Shown here: in pieces, positions 47,730 through 57,792 of the stretch | How positions within the stretch are numbered: the stretch's first letter is position 1 | Layout: each line of letters starts with the position of its first letter | Assembly (NCBI GenBank): GCA_965228735.1 | Contig: OZ245838.1 | Span: 4,480,001 to 4,544,000, forward strand | DNA length: 64,000 nucleotides | Direction of reading: 5' to 3' | Source: Planctomycetota bacterium | GTDB lineage: Bacteria; Planctomycetota; UBA1135; UBA2386 | Notes under the pieces: generated by a model | The model's database searches: none | Told to the model about the DNA's origin: nothing | The model's input: only the letters and a program-made list of their open reading frames with translations | Made by a program: the position numbers and the translations under genes

Positions 47730-49598
47730 ATGACTCATCCTAAGTGCCTTGCCCTGGCCACGATCGCGCTGCTCAGCGCGCCGGCCTTCGCCCAGAACTC
47801 CGTCCTGCCATACCTGCCTCGCAACACGCTGATGGCGATCTCGGCCCCGGACCTCGCGACCACGATGACCGAGTTCCAGAGGACGCCGCTCGCCAAGATG
47901 TGGCACGAGGACGAGGTCCAGACCTTCTTCGGCGACGCGCTCGAGTACGCGAAGGAGATGATGGACCAGCAGATGGGGCAGGCCCGTCAGGCGCACGAGA
48001 ACGGTCAGTTCCCGGTCAACCCGGACGACCTGATGAAGCTGCGCGTCGGTGGCGTCACGTTCGCCCTGACCCAGCTCGACCTCGGCATGGGTGAGTTCGG
48101 CCCGATGCCGACCGTCGGCATCGCGCTGCACCTCGACTTCGGCGACTCCGCGGCGACGTGGAACAAGCTGATCCAGATGGGCATGGGCATGCTCGAAGCC
48201 CAGGCCGGCGACGAGATGCTCAAGACCGAGAGCACCGTCGGTGAGGTCAAGATCGTCTCGATGATGCCGAACGAGGCCGGCGCGCCCGACATGGGCCTCA
48301 ACGTCGCGTTCGTGCCGAACGGCGTGCTGATCTGCACGCTGCCCGACGAGTGCAAGTCGATCGTCGAGTCGTGGACCCAGCAGAAGCCGGTCATCGGCGC
48401 GACCGAGGTCTACCAGGCGCTCAACCAGCGGGTCGGTGCCGATGGCGCCGAGATCAAGAGCTTCGTCCGGTTCGACCCGATGATGCAGTTCGGCCTCAAC
48501 GTCCTCGGCATGGCGACCGAGATGGAGCCGGATCTCGCCATGATCGACATGGACGGCGTCGAGCGCGCCCTGCTCGCCATGGGTATGCGCAACCTCGGCG
48601 TCTACGCCGAAGCCGGCCGCTACCTGGACAGCGGCATGACGCAGTACACGTCGGTGCACATGCCGAGTGCGGCGCCGCAGACGGGCGCGCAGAGCAGCAT
48701 CGACATGGGCTTCCTCAAGTGGGTGCCGAAGGACGCGGTGTCGTTCAGCGCCATGACGTGGGACGTCGCGGCGGTCTACGACACGCTGCAGAAGGGCCTC
48801 GAGGCCTACGATCCGGAGTTCGCGCGCCAGATGCTCGGTCAGCTCGGCAAGATCGAGGAGCAGCTCGGCTTCAAGATCCGCGACGACCTGTTCGGCGCGT
48901 TCGGCGATCACGTCATCAACTGGTCGATGCCGGTCAGCACGATCGCGTCGATGCCGGAGTCGGCGATGCTGCTCAAGGTCAACGACGAAGAGAAGCTCGT
49001 GAAGGTGCTGCGCAACGTCAGCAAGCTCAGCAACGGCATGGTCGAGTTCGAAGAGGGCGAGCGCCGCGGCATCCAGGTCTACTCGATCCGCGTCAACGCC
49101 GACCCGACGAACGGCATGGGCATGAACCCGTTCGACATGTTCACGCCGACCTTCTCGTTCAAGAAGGGCTACATGGTCGCCGGCTTCTCGGTTGGCGACA
49201 TCAAGCGCGTGTTCAAGCGCATGGACCGCGAGGACGAGCCGAAGGGCGACATCCGCAGCAACAAGGAGTTCGCCAAGGTCGCGCAGCAGATCCCGGCCGG
49301 CGCGACGAGCGTGTCGTTCACCGACTGGCGGACGCAGTTCGAGAGCTTCTACCAGCTCGGCACGGGCATGCTCGCGCTCGTCCCGATCGGCGAGGAAGTC
49401 CCGATCGACATGTCGCTGCTGCCCGACTCGGGCACGCTGACGCGCCACCTGTCGCCGACGGTCAGCTTCTCGCGTTCGACCGAGAACGGCACGGAGACCG
49501 TCACGACGAGCCCGTGGGGCCCGGAGATGGCGCTCGGCCTGATGGCCGTCGGCGCGGCCGCGGCCGCGGCCATCCCGCAAGTCATGCGGATGCGCTGA
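47730..49598 (+). CDS. Secreted hypothetical protein (DUF3352-like)
   Basis: Signal peptide ..PAFAQ; two halves with similar openings (LPYLPRNT, LKWVPKDA); Met-rich. Confidence 0.65.
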   Translation: MTHPKCLALATIALLSAPAFAQNSVLPYLPRNTLMAISAPDLATTMTEFQRTPLAKMWHEDEVQTFFGDALEYAKEMMDQQMGQARQAHENGQFPVNPDDLMKLRVGGVTFALTQLDLGMGEFGPMPTVGIALHLDFGDSAATWNKLIQMGMGMLEAQAGDEMLKTESTVGEVKIVSMMPNEAGAPDMGLNVAFVPNGVLICTLPDECKSIVESWTQQKPVIGATEVYQALNQRVGADGAEIKSFVRFDPMMQFGLNVLGMATEMEPDLAMIDMDGVERALLAMGMRNLGVYAEAGRYLDSGMTQYTSVHMPSAAPQTGAQSSIDMGFLKWVPKDAVSFSAMTWDVAAVYDTLQKGLEAYDPEFARQMLGQLGKIEEQLGFKIRDDLFGAFGDHVINWSMPVSTIASMPESAMLLKVNDEEKLVKVLRNVSKLSNGMVEFEEGERRGIQVYSIRVNADPTNGMGMNPFDMFTPTFSFKKGYMVAGFSVGDIKRVFKRMDREDEPKGDIRSNKEFAKVAQQIPAGATSVSFTDWRTQFESFYQLGTGMLALVPIGEEVPIDMSLLPDSGTLTRHLSPTVSFSRSTENGTETVTTSPWGPEMALGLMAVGAAAAAAIPQVMRMR

Positions 49599-49670
49599 GC
49601 CCGCGTCGCGCGGGTCCGCCGCCGGCCGGCGAGCCGGGCCCGCGCCAGCAGCAATCGGGCCGCCGCTCGA

Positions 49671-50525
49671 CTACTTGCGGCCCGCGACGCGCTTCTTGCG
49701 CGCCGCGCGGCGCTCCTCGCCGAACTCGCGGGACATCACCGCGCCGAGCTTGTCGAGCGCCTGCTGCTCCATCTGGCGCACGCGCTCGCGCGTCAGGCCG
49801 AAGCGCTTGCCGATGGCCTTGAGCGTCATCGGATCGGCGTTGTCGATCCCGAACCGCAGCTTGAGGATCTTCGCCTCGCGCGGCTCGAGCCGGTCGAGCA
49901 GCTCGCGCATGCGTTCGATCTCCATCGCCGCGAGGATCTGTTCCTCCGGCGGCTGCGAGCGCACGTCCTCGAGCGAGTCGGACACCGATGAGCTGTCCTC
50001 GCTCATCGAGTGCGTCGGCTGCGAGTTCGCGAGCACCGTCTCGCGCACGACGTTCCAGTTGCTCTCCGGCAGCTCGAGCTCTTCGGCGACCTCCGCCGTC
50101 GTCGCGTGCCGACCGAGCCGGTAGTTGAGTTCCATCGCCGTCGCCTTCCACTTGGAGACGATCTCGGACATGTAGGACGGCACGCGCACCGTCTTGACCG
50201 TGTTGACGAGCGAGCGGCGGATGCCCTGCTTGATCCACCACGTCGCGTAGGTCGAGAACCGGCAGCCGGCCGCGGGGTCGAACTTCTCGACCGCCTTCAT
50301 CAGGCCGATGTTGCCCTCCTCGATCAGGTCCATGAACGAGAGGCCGCGGTTGACGTAGTTCTTCGCGATCGAGACGACGAGCCGCAGGTTGGCGCGGATC
50401 ATGTGCTCGCGCGCCGCCATGTCGCCCTGCTGGATGCGCTCGCTGAGTTCGATCTCCTCAGCCGCGGTCAGCAGCGGCACTTCGTTGATGTCGGCCAGAT
50501 ACGTGTCGAGCCCGTGGTCCCTCAT
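49671..50525 (-). CDS. RNA polymerase sigma70 factor (RpoD/RpoS-like, no region 1.1)
   Basis: [52 protein letters not shown]. Confidence 0.95.
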   Translation of the reverse strand: MRDHGLDTYLADINEVPLLTAAEEIELSERIQQGDMAAREHMIRANLRLVVSIAKNYVNRGLSFMDLIEEGNIGLMKAVEKFDPAAGCRFSTYATWWIKQGIRRSLVNTVKTVRVPSYMSEIVSKWKATAMELNYRLGRHATTAEVAEELELPESNWNVVRETVLANSQPTHSMSEDSSSVSDSLEDVRSQPPEEQILAAMEIERMRELLDRLEPREAKILKLRFGIDNADPMTLKAIGKRFGLTRERVRQMEQQALDKLGAVMSREFGEERRAARKKRVAGRK

Positions 50526-50671
50526 GGTCGTCCTTCCCGCGTGTGTGGTGTGACATGCGGGTTATCGACCGAGGTGACGGACTCCTGGCCAGTCGAACCT
50601 TTGGGTCGTATCGATCCGGGACGGCGGTGTCCGCGTCCCGGCGGTGCCATGGAGGCCGACCGTGGCCCGGA

Positions 50672-50890
50672 CTACATCAGCGCGTAGATGAACGGCGCGA
50701 CACCGGTCGCTCCGAGCACGAGCAGCACGCCGAGCAGCAGGAACACGACGAGGATCGGCGTGAGCCACCACACCTTGTTCTCGGCCATGAACTGCACGAA
50801 CTCGCCGACGATGCCCTTGTCCTCACCGCCCGCAGCCTGCAGGAATTCGTCATCGGTCGGGTCGGTCTGCTTGTCGTCGTTTTCGGTCAT
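50672..50890 (-). CDS. DUF5989/SxtK-like small membrane protein
   Basis: EFVQFMAENKVWWLTPIL...VAPFIYAL. Confidence 0.85.
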   Translation of the reverse strand: MTENDDKQTDPTDDEFLQAAGGEDKGIVGEFVQFMAENKVWWLTPILVVFLLLGVLLVLGATGVAPFIYALM

Positions 50891-50944
50891 GGTCGGTCGA
50901 GGTGGTTGTCTGGGCTGCGGACCCGCGGGGGGTCAGCCGCATCG

Positions 50945-51379
50945 TCAGTATAACTTGAAATAGCTGGCGGGGCTGCGCGGCGGGCCGCGGTCGTGCCAGT
51001 AGGACGTCGCCTCGGGGTCCGGGCGGCGGCCGAGCACGTCGCGGCCGATGAGGCGGAACACCAGCGCGATCGGCGTCATCACGAGGTAGTAGATGGCCGC
51101 CATCAGCACGTGCGACAGCACGAAGCCGATCGGCAGTGCGATCACCATCAGCACGACGAAGATCACGCGTGTCAGCGGCTTGAAACCCGCGAGGAACGCG
51201 ACGAGCTGCAGGACGCCCGCGCCGAGCGCCCAGAGGACCGCCTGGTGCGAGATCGCCTCGCCCCAGTCGAAGCCACTGAACTTGAGGACCGCGAACGCGA
51301 TCAGCGGCAGGCCGAGCACCGCGATGAACGCGAACTGTTTGAGCTGCGCTTCGGGCGGGTTGGTTTCGAGCTTGAACAT
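50945..51379 (-). CDS. SxtJ-like membrane protein
   Basis: LKQFAF, PIGFVLSH, YYLVMTPIAL..RLIGRD.L, SYW. Confidence 0.85.
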   Translation of the reverse strand: MFKLETNPPEAQLKQFAFIAVLGLPLIAFAVLKFSGFDWGEAISHQAVLWALGAGVLQLVAFLAGFKPLTRVIFVVLMVIALPIGFVLSHVLMAAIYYLVMTPIALVFRLIGRDVLGRRPDPEATSYWHDRGPPRSPASYFKLY

Positions 51380-51400
51380 CGGGCGGCGGCGTTCGTGGTG

Positions 51401-53233
51401 CTAGTCGAGGGCGAAGGCGGACAGGTACTTCTCGCGGTCGACCTCGGGGAGGTCCTTCTGCGCGACGCGACGGATGACGAAGTTCTCGAGGACGAGCACG
51501 TCCATCTCCGTGCCGAGGAAGCAGCGCAGCGCGTCCTGCGGGGTGCAGACGATCGGTTCGCCGCGCACGTTGAAGCTCGTGTTGATGAGCACCGGGCAGC
51601 CCGTGCGCTCCTTGAAGCGCGTCATCATCCGCGCGAGTCGCGGGTTGCGTTCGTTGTCGACGGTCTGCAGGCGCGCCGAGTAGTCGACGTGCGTGACCGC
51701 CGGGATGTCGGATCGCAGCTGCTTGAGCTTGTCGAGCCCCATGAGACCGGGTTCGACGTCCTTGCGCTTGTCGTCCCGCACGGGCGCGACGATCAGCATG
51801 TAGGGGCTGTCGTGGCGCTCTTCGATGTCGAAGTACTCGCTCGCGTCGTCGCGCAGCACGATCGGCGCGAACGGCCGGAACGACTCGCGGAACTTGATCT
51901 TCAGGTTCATCACACTCTGCATCTTGGGCGAGCGCGCGTCGCCGATGATGCTGCGCGAACCGAGCGCGCGCGGCCCGAACTCCATCGGGCCCTGGAACCA
52001 CCCGATGACGTTCTCCTCCTCGATGAGCTGCGCGACGCGGTCGGCGAGTTGCTCCTCGCTCTCGCACTCCTCGTAATTGACGTTCTCGCCGCTGAGGAAG
52101 CTGCGGATGTCGTCGCTCTCGTACTTCGGCCCGAGCAGGCTGCCGCGCTGCGAATCGCCGGTCGACACCGTCCGCGGCTTGTTGAGCAGGTTGTGCCAGA
52201 CCATCTGCGCGCAGCCGAGCGCCCCGCCCGCGTCACCGGCCGCGGGCTGGATCCAGATCTTGTCGAACGGGCCCTCGCGCAGGATCTTGCCGTTGCCGAC
52301 GCAGTTGAGCGCGACGCCGCCCGCGAGGCAGAGGTTGCTCTTGCCGGTCACTTCGTGCGCGTGGCGCACCGTGCGCAGCATGACCTCCTCGGTGACCTTC
52401 TGCACCGACGCGGCCAGGTCCATGTGACGCTGCTCGAGGTCGGTCTCGGGCCGCCGCGGGTCGCTGCCGAACAGCTGGTGGAATTTCGGGCCCGTCATCG
52501 TGAGGCCCTGGCAGTAGTTGAAGTAGCTCTGGTCGAGGCGGAACGACCCGTCCGCCTTGAGGTCGATCAGGTTGTCGAGGATCAGCTGCTCGTACTTCGG
52601 CTCGCCATACGGCGCGAGGCCCATGAGCTTGTACTCGCCGCTGTTGACCTTGAAGCCGCAGTAGTAGGTGAACGCGGAGTAGAGCAGCCCGATCGAATGC
52701 GGGAAGCGCACCTCCTTCAGCATCCGCATCTTGTTGCCCTCGCCGACCGCGATCGACGTCGTCGCCCACTCGCCGACGCCGTCCATCGTGACGATCGCGG
52801 CCTCCTCGAACGGCGACGGGAAGAACGCCGACGCCGCGTGGCTCTCGTGGTGCTCGGGGAACACGTACCGGTTCTTCGGCTTGACCCCGAGGCTCTTGGT
52901 CAGCTGGCTGCGCATGTGCAGCTTCTTGCCGAGCCAGATCGGCACGGCCTTGCTGAACGACTTCAACCCGATCGGCGCGAACCCGATGTAGGTCTCGATC
53001 AGCCGATGGAACTTCAGGATCGGCTTGTCGTAGAACGCGACGAAGTCGATGTCCTTGGCCGTGATCCCCGCGGTATCGAGGCAGTAGCGCACCGCGTTCG
53101 CGGGGAATTCGGCGTCGTGCTTCCTGCGGGTGAAGCGTTCTTCCTGAACCGCCGCGACGATCTCGCCATCGCACAGCAGGGCGGCGGCCGAGTCGTGGTA
53201 ATAGGCAGAGATGCCGAGGACGTAGGTGGGCAT
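51401..53233 (-). CDS. O-carbamoyltransferase (NodU/CmcH/SxtI family)
   Basis: LGISAYYHDSAAAL, QEERF.R.KH, HHESHAASAF, DGVGE, EYKLMGLAPYG, AGGVALNCVGNG, EFGPRALG.RS, KFRESFRPFAP, NTSFNVRGEPIV. Confidence 0.97.
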   Translation of the reverse strand: MPTYVLGISAYYHDSAAALLCDGEIVAAVQEERFTRRKHDAEFPANAVRYCLDTAGITAKDIDFVAFYDKPILKFHRLIETYIGFAPIGLKSFSKAVPIWLGKKLHMRSQLTKSLGVKPKNRYVFPEHHESHAASAFFPSPFEEAAIVTMDGVGEWATTSIAVGEGNKMRMLKEVRFPHSIGLLYSAFTYYCGFKVNSGEYKLMGLAPYGEPKYEQLILDNLIDLKADGSFRLDQSYFNYCQGLTMTGPKFHQLFGSDPRRPETDLEQRHMDLAASVQKVTEEVMLRTVRHAHEVTGKSNLCLAGGVALNCVGNGKILREGPFDKIWIQPAAGDAGGALGCAQMVWHNLLNKPRTVSTGDSQRGSLLGPKYESDDIRSFLSGENVNYEECESEEQLADRVAQLIEEENVIGWFQGPMEFGPRALGSRSIIGDARSPKMQSVMNLKIKFRESFRPFAPIVLRDDASEYFDIEERHDSPYMLIVAPVRDDKRKDVEPGLMGLDKLKQLRSDIPAVTHVDYSARLQTVDNERNPRLARMMTRFKERTGCPVLINTSFNVRGEPIVCTPQDALRCFLGTEMDVLVLENFVIRRVAQKDLPEVDREKYLSAFALD

Positions 53234-53285
53234 TGGGGGCGGAGAAGCATAGCCGCGGCCGGTATGCTGCCAACGCTCGCCCGCG

Positions 53286-54581
53286 ATGAAGTCCACGATC
53301 AAGAAGAGAGTGCTCCTGCTGACCCTCTCGACGGCGGTCGTCGGACTGCTGGCCGAGTTCGGCTATCGCGCCCTTGGCGGCGCGGCCACGCCGCCGCCAG
53401 CCATGCACTTCCGGGCCGCGGACCGCACGCTGCTGCCGGACAAACCGACCGCCGAGGAGGACCTCGCGTTCCGGCTCCAGATCCAGGTGCCATGGCCCCG
53501 CCAGGACCTGCCCCCGGGGATTCCGACGACGCCGGCGGTGGGGGCGAGCGCCCCGTGGTTCGGGACGGGCTACCCGATGCCGCGCACCGAGAACGTGTTG
53601 TCGAACGTGACGTGGAAGCCGAACTCGCGCTTCTTCATCTGCTACCGCGGCCTGCAGCAGCCGTACTTCGACGCGGACGGCTGCGTCGAGTACCGATTCA
53701 ATCGCTTCGGCCTGCGCGAGCGCGACGACCTGCAGCTCGAGAAACCCGCGGGCACCAAACGCGTGGTCTGCCTCGGTGATTCCTTCACGCTCGGGTGGGG
53801 CGTGCGACGCGAACACAACTGGCCGGTGCTCGTCGAGCGTGAGCTGGCAAGGAGCCAACAGGTGACGGGCCAGCAGGACGGCGCGGTGGCCGTGCAGGTG
53901 CTCAATTGCGGCGGCACGGGCTCGGCCTACGCGGATGAATACGAGCTCGCGCTGCGGCACCGCCACGGGCGTTTCGACCCCGACCTCGTCCTCGTCACGC
54001 TCTGTCTCAACGACCTGTTCGTGACCAACGGCAAGCTCGGCCACTACCGCACGCTCGCACTGCCGGACGGCGACCTGCCCGAGTCCGAGCGGCGCTGGTG
54101 GATGGGTTCGCGCCTGCTGCACGACCTCGTCCGCGGCGTGGCCGCGAGTTGGGCCCTCGCGCTCGATCCGCAGCGCGACTGGGTCGGCGAGCTCATGCAG
54201 CTGCCCGGCGACCACCTGTGGTACCGCAACAAGAACGAGACGCCCGCGGTCTATTGGGTCGGCGGCGCGCCGCAGCGCAGCCTGCGCGGCATCCGCGACT
54301 GGTGCGACGAGCACGATTGCCAAGCCGCGGTCGTGATCTGGCCGCTGCTGCAGGGACTCGGCGCCGGCCGCGAGTATCCGTTCACCAAGATGCACGACCT
54401 CGTGCGCGAGTTCTGCGCGAGTGAGGCCATCCCGTGCCTCGACCTGCTGCCCGTGCTCGCGGACCACGCGCAAGAAGCGCTGTGGGTCAGCCCCGCGGAC
54501 ATGCACCCGAACGAACACGCGCAGAGGGTCGTCTACGCGAGCATCGCGGCGTTCGTTGCGGATGGGCTCGGGCTGAAGTAG
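53286..54581 (+). CDS. SGNH/GDSL hydrolase-family membrane-anchored protein (paralog 1)
   Basis: CLGDSFT.GWG, CLND, DMHPN; N-terminal TM. Confidence 0.9.
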   Translation: MKSTIKKRVLLLTLSTAVVGLLAEFGYRALGGAATPPPAMHFRAADRTLLPDKPTAEEDLAFRLQIQVPWPRQDLPPGIPTTPAVGASAPWFGTGYPMPRTENVLSNVTWKPNSRFFICYRGLQQPYFDADGCVEYRFNRFGLRERDDLQLEKPAGTKRVVCLGDSFTLGWGVRREHNWPVLVERELARSQQVTGQQDGAVAVQVLNCGGTGSAYADEYELALRHRHGRFDPDLVLVTLCLNDLFVTNGKLGHYRTLALPDGDLPESERRWWMGSRLLHDLVRGVAASWALALDPQRDWVGELMQLPGDHLWYRNKNETPAVYWVGGAPQRSLRGIRDWCDEHDCQAAVVIWPLLQGLGAGREYPFTKMHDLVREFCASEAIPCLDLLPVLADHAQEALWVSPADMHPNEHAQRVVYASIAAFVADGLGLK

Positions 54582-54635
54582 CGCGCCCTGCATCAGCTAG
54601 CGCCACCGCGGCTGGCTCCGACCGAACGGCGCGCT

Positions 54636-56126
54636 TCAGAACACGGTGATCGCGCGTCCAACCGTCGCCGATGCGCGCACGCCGAAGCCCTGGAACGCGC
54701 CCGTCGGGTCGAGCGCCGCGCCCTGCCAGAACAGCGTCACGCCGGTGGTGCCGGCCGGCGGGATCGACCAGTGGACCGCGAACTCGCCCATCGGATTCGC
54801 GAGGCCCGCGAGCACGGCGTGGGAGCCCGGACCGATGTCCACCTGCAGGCCGCACGGGCCCGCCGTCGCGCCGAGCGATGCGAGGATCACCGCGAGGCTG
54901 GTGGGCGGCACGTTGCGCAGTTCGACCGCGCAGTTGGTGTTGCCCGGTGACGCGACGCCGATCGCGAGTTCGGGTGCGCCAGCGGCACCCGGGCAGGCAT
55001 TCCCGTAGATCGCGCGGTTCTCCCAGCGGTGCAGTCGGTAGTAGTGCAGGAACGGCCGGTTCTGGAACAGGTCGGGGTCGCCGTCGCCGTCGCCGTCTGC
55101 GAGGAAGCTGTTGAGCCCGAACCCCGGCAGGGCCATGCCGGCGGACAGACCGCCCGACCCGTCGCCGCGGTAGAGCAGGGCCGCTGGCGGCACGTTCGGG
55201 TCGGACGTGAAGAACACCAGATCGCGATTGCCGTCGGCATCGAGATCGTGCGCTTCCGGCCAAACGTGGTCGACCGGGAGCGGCATGACCGAGCCTGCGA
55301 CGAGGCCGTTGCCGCTGCCGAAGTGCAGCTGGATCGAAGCCGAGGTCGACACCGACCCGGGCAGATACTGCAGCACGTCCGCGAAACCGTCCCGATCGAG
55401 ATCGCCCGCCGGAACGAGGTTCGTCAGCCCTTGGAGCGCAGCCGTGCCCTGCCCCGGAGTGAAGTTGCCGCCGAAGATGACCGCGATGCTGTTCGGCGTG
55501 TCCGAGTAGACGATATCCGGCAGCGTGTCACCGTTGACGTCCGCGAGCGTCACCGATGTGGTGCCGGCCACGGTCGCCGACAGCGCGAGCGCGAAGGCAC
55601 CGCTTTGCTGCTGCTCGTAGACCTCGACCGCCTGCGTGGTCGTCCCGCTGAGCACCAGATCGACGCGACCATCGCCCGTCACGTCGCCGGCCAGCAGGCC
55701 CACTCCGGAGAAGTAGGTGGTCACCCCCGGCACGACGGTGACGGGCGATCCGAACGTCCCGTCGCCATTGCCGAACATGATCTGGACGTCGGAGGCGGCA
55801 ACGAACTCTGACGGGCTCAGCAGCAGATCGAGCGCGCCGTCGTTGTCGAAGTCGGCAGTCGCGGCGATCGGTCGACCGATCGGTCCGATCGTCATGCCCG
55901 TCCTGGGCCCGCTGAGAACGAGCCCCTCGAACCCAACGACACCGTTGGAATCCCATGTGAGGGCATCGAGCTGACCGTCATTGTCGAAATCGCCGAGCAG
56001 CCGCCCGGCGATCGGATTGCTCACCGTCAACCAGGTCCGCGGCCGGAAGCCCTGACCGGGGAGCAGCTGGCCGAGACCGACCATCGCCAGCGCAACCAGG
56101 AGGAGACGGTTCAGGGAACAGGGCAT
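54636..56126 (-). CDS. Secreted FG-GAP/VCBS repeat protein
   Basis: Seven repeats: DFDNDG.LD (twice), DVTGDG.VD, DVNGDTLPD, DLDRDG.AD, DLDADG.RD, DGDGDGDPD; C-terminal YGNACPG...LFWQGAALDP. Confidence 0.9.
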   Translation of the reverse strand: MPCSLNRLLLVALAMVGLGQLLPGQGFRPRTWLTVSNPIAGRLLGDFDNDGQLDALTWDSNGVVGFEGLVLSGPRTGMTIGPIGRPIAATADFDNDGALDLLLSPSEFVAASDVQIMFGNGDGTFGSPVTVVPGVTTYFSGVGLLAGDVTGDGRVDLVLSGTTTQAVEVYEQQQSGAFALALSATVAGTTSVTLADVNGDTLPDIVYSDTPNSIAVIFGGNFTPGQGTAALQGLTNLVPAGDLDRDGFADVLQYLPGSVSTSASIQLHFGSGNGLVAGSVMPLPVDHVWPEAHDLDADGNRDLVFFTSDPNVPPAALLYRGDGSGGLSAGMALPGFGLNSFLADGDGDGDPDLFQNRPFLHYYRLHRWENRAIYGNACPGAAGAPELAIGVASPGNTNCAVELRNVPPTSLAVILASLGATAGPCGLQVDIGPGSHAVLAGLANPMGEFAVHWSIPPAGTTGVTLFWQGAALDPTGAFQGFGVRASATVGRAITVF

Positions 56127-56197
56127 GTTCTGCGGTGGGCAACACTCGTGCCACGCCGACCCAGGTTCGTGCCGAGTCGGCGATCCCGGAGCACGGT

Positions 56198-56236
56198 GTT
56201 CTCGTGCCGGGTTCTCGTGCCGGCTTCTCGTGCCGG
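56198..56236. repeat. Intergenic 13-bp tandem repeat x3
   Basis: gttctcgtgccgg gttctcgtgccgg cttctcgtgccgg. Confidence 0.9.
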
Positions 56237-56309
56237 TTGCCAGCCGCTACCAGTTGTCGCAGTCGTTACGCCGCAGAAGCGATAGGATCCGCTCGCCGCG
56301 CCCGACCGC

Positions 56310-57458
56310 ATGACCCGCCGACGAACCAGCCTCATTGCCCGCGTGATGCTCGCGACGATCGTGCTCGGCGTCACGCTCGGGATCGCCGAGTTCGTCGTGC
56401 GGCGGCTGCCGCCGCCACCGCCGCCGCTCGGGCAACTCAGCTACCAGGATCGCGACGGCCAACCCGTCACGCTCGCGGACGCGGTCGCGCGCGGCCAGAT
56501 CGTGCCCGTGCCGCCGCGCAAGACGCCGCGCGCGCGGTTCACGTGGGGGCCGAACGCCGACTTCTATCTGTGCTACAGCGACGCCGAGGCGCTGCGCCGC
56601 GACTGGTTCGACGACCAGGGCCGCGTGTTCGTCGACATCAACGAGCACGGCCTGCGCGACCGCACGGGACTGCCGGTGCAAAAGCCCGCCGGCCAGCAGC
56701 GCATCCTCTGCGTCGGCGACTCGTTCACGTTCGCGTGGGGGATCCCGATCGAGCTCGGGTGGGTGCGGTTGCTCGAAGAACGGCTGCGGGCGGACGACCG
56801 CGATCTCGTCACGATCAACTGCGGCGCGGTCGGCGCGCTCTGCGTCGACGAGTACCAGTGGGCGGTCGAACACCGCTTCGGCAAGTTCGAGCCCGACGTC
56901 GTGATCCTCACGATCTGCCTCAACGACCTGATCCCGAGCAGCGGTCTGTTCGTGCAGGGGCCGGCGCCCGACACGGGCAGTCGGCTCCTCGACCTCGTGC
57001 TCGGCGCGGCCGGCCATTCGCCGCTCGCGCTGGATCCGGACCGCGACTGGGTCGGCGAACTGCTCGCGTTGCCGCGCGCAGCCGGCGAGGCCGGCGGGCT
57101 CTACGGCCGCGACAAGCCGTTCGACGCGATGTGGTCGCAGGGCGCACCGCAGGCCGCGTTGGCCGCGCTGAAGACCTGGTGCGAAGCACACAACTGTCGA
57201 CTGTTGGTGACGTTGTGGCCGTTCCTCCAAGGGCTCGGGCCCGGCCGGCACTACGCCTTCGAGCCGCTGCACGAGCTGGTCGCGGCCGAATGCCAACGCC
57301 TCGGGATCCCGTTCCACGACGTGCTGCCGGCGCTGCGCGACACGCCGGCCGAGGACCTCTGGGTCACGCCTGCCGACATGCACGCAAACCCGACGGCCCA
57401 ACGCCTCGCGACGCCCGGGATCGAGGCGTTCGTTCGCGAACACTCTGGACTCTTCTGA
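56310..57458 (+). CDS. SGNH/GDSL hydrolase-family membrane-anchored protein (paralog 2)
   Basis: CVGDSFT, CLND, DMHAN; shares LALDP.RDWVGEL and WP.LQGLG with paralog 1. Confidence 0.9.
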   Translation: MTRRRTSLIARVMLATIVLGVTLGIAEFVVRRLPPPPPPLGQLSYQDRDGQPVTLADAVARGQIVPVPPRKTPRARFTWGPNADFYLCYSDAEALRRDWFDDQGRVFVDINEHGLRDRTGLPVQKPAGQQRILCVGDSFTFAWGIPIELGWVRLLEERLRADDRDLVTINCGAVGALCVDEYQWAVEHRFGKFEPDVVILTICLNDLIPSSGLFVQGPAPDTGSRLLDLVLGAAGHSPLALDPDRDWVGELLALPRAAGEAGGLYGRDKPFDAMWSQGAPQAALAALKTWCEAHNCRLLVTLWPFLQGLGPGRHYAFEPLHELVAAECQRLGIPFHDVLPALRDTPAEDLWVTPADMHANPTAQRLATPGIEAFVREHSGLF

Positions 57459-57792
57459 ACGCTACGTGGTGTAGCTCCGTTGCCCGCCAACCCCATGATC
57501 TGGCGGTTGGGCGGTCGAACTCGCACGGCACCCGGGCGACCGGCGCTAAGCCCTGATGGCGAAACGGGAAAGTCTGAAATTGACCACGGGATGACGATCT
57601 TTTAGATGGGTCGCCCTTTCCGGGCCTGCACGTGCTCTTACCCGACCGGATCCTCGAGCCTCGGCTCGACGCCACGGATTCGGCTCGGTCCCGAACGTTC
57701 CATGCGCTGCTCCGCACTGCGGACGGCGTTTGGACGTTCCGCCCTAACTCATGCGACCGTAACACCATCCGCTCCGGCGGGAGGGATCCACA

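Noticed and set aside
50672..53233. Saxitoxin biosynthesis
   Set aside because: Only sxtI/J/K-like genes; no sxtA, sxtG or other core genes in the window.
57550..57570. CTGATGGCGAAAC resembling a hammerhead ribozyme core
   Set aside because: Lacks CUGANGA and has no stem II between the core halves.
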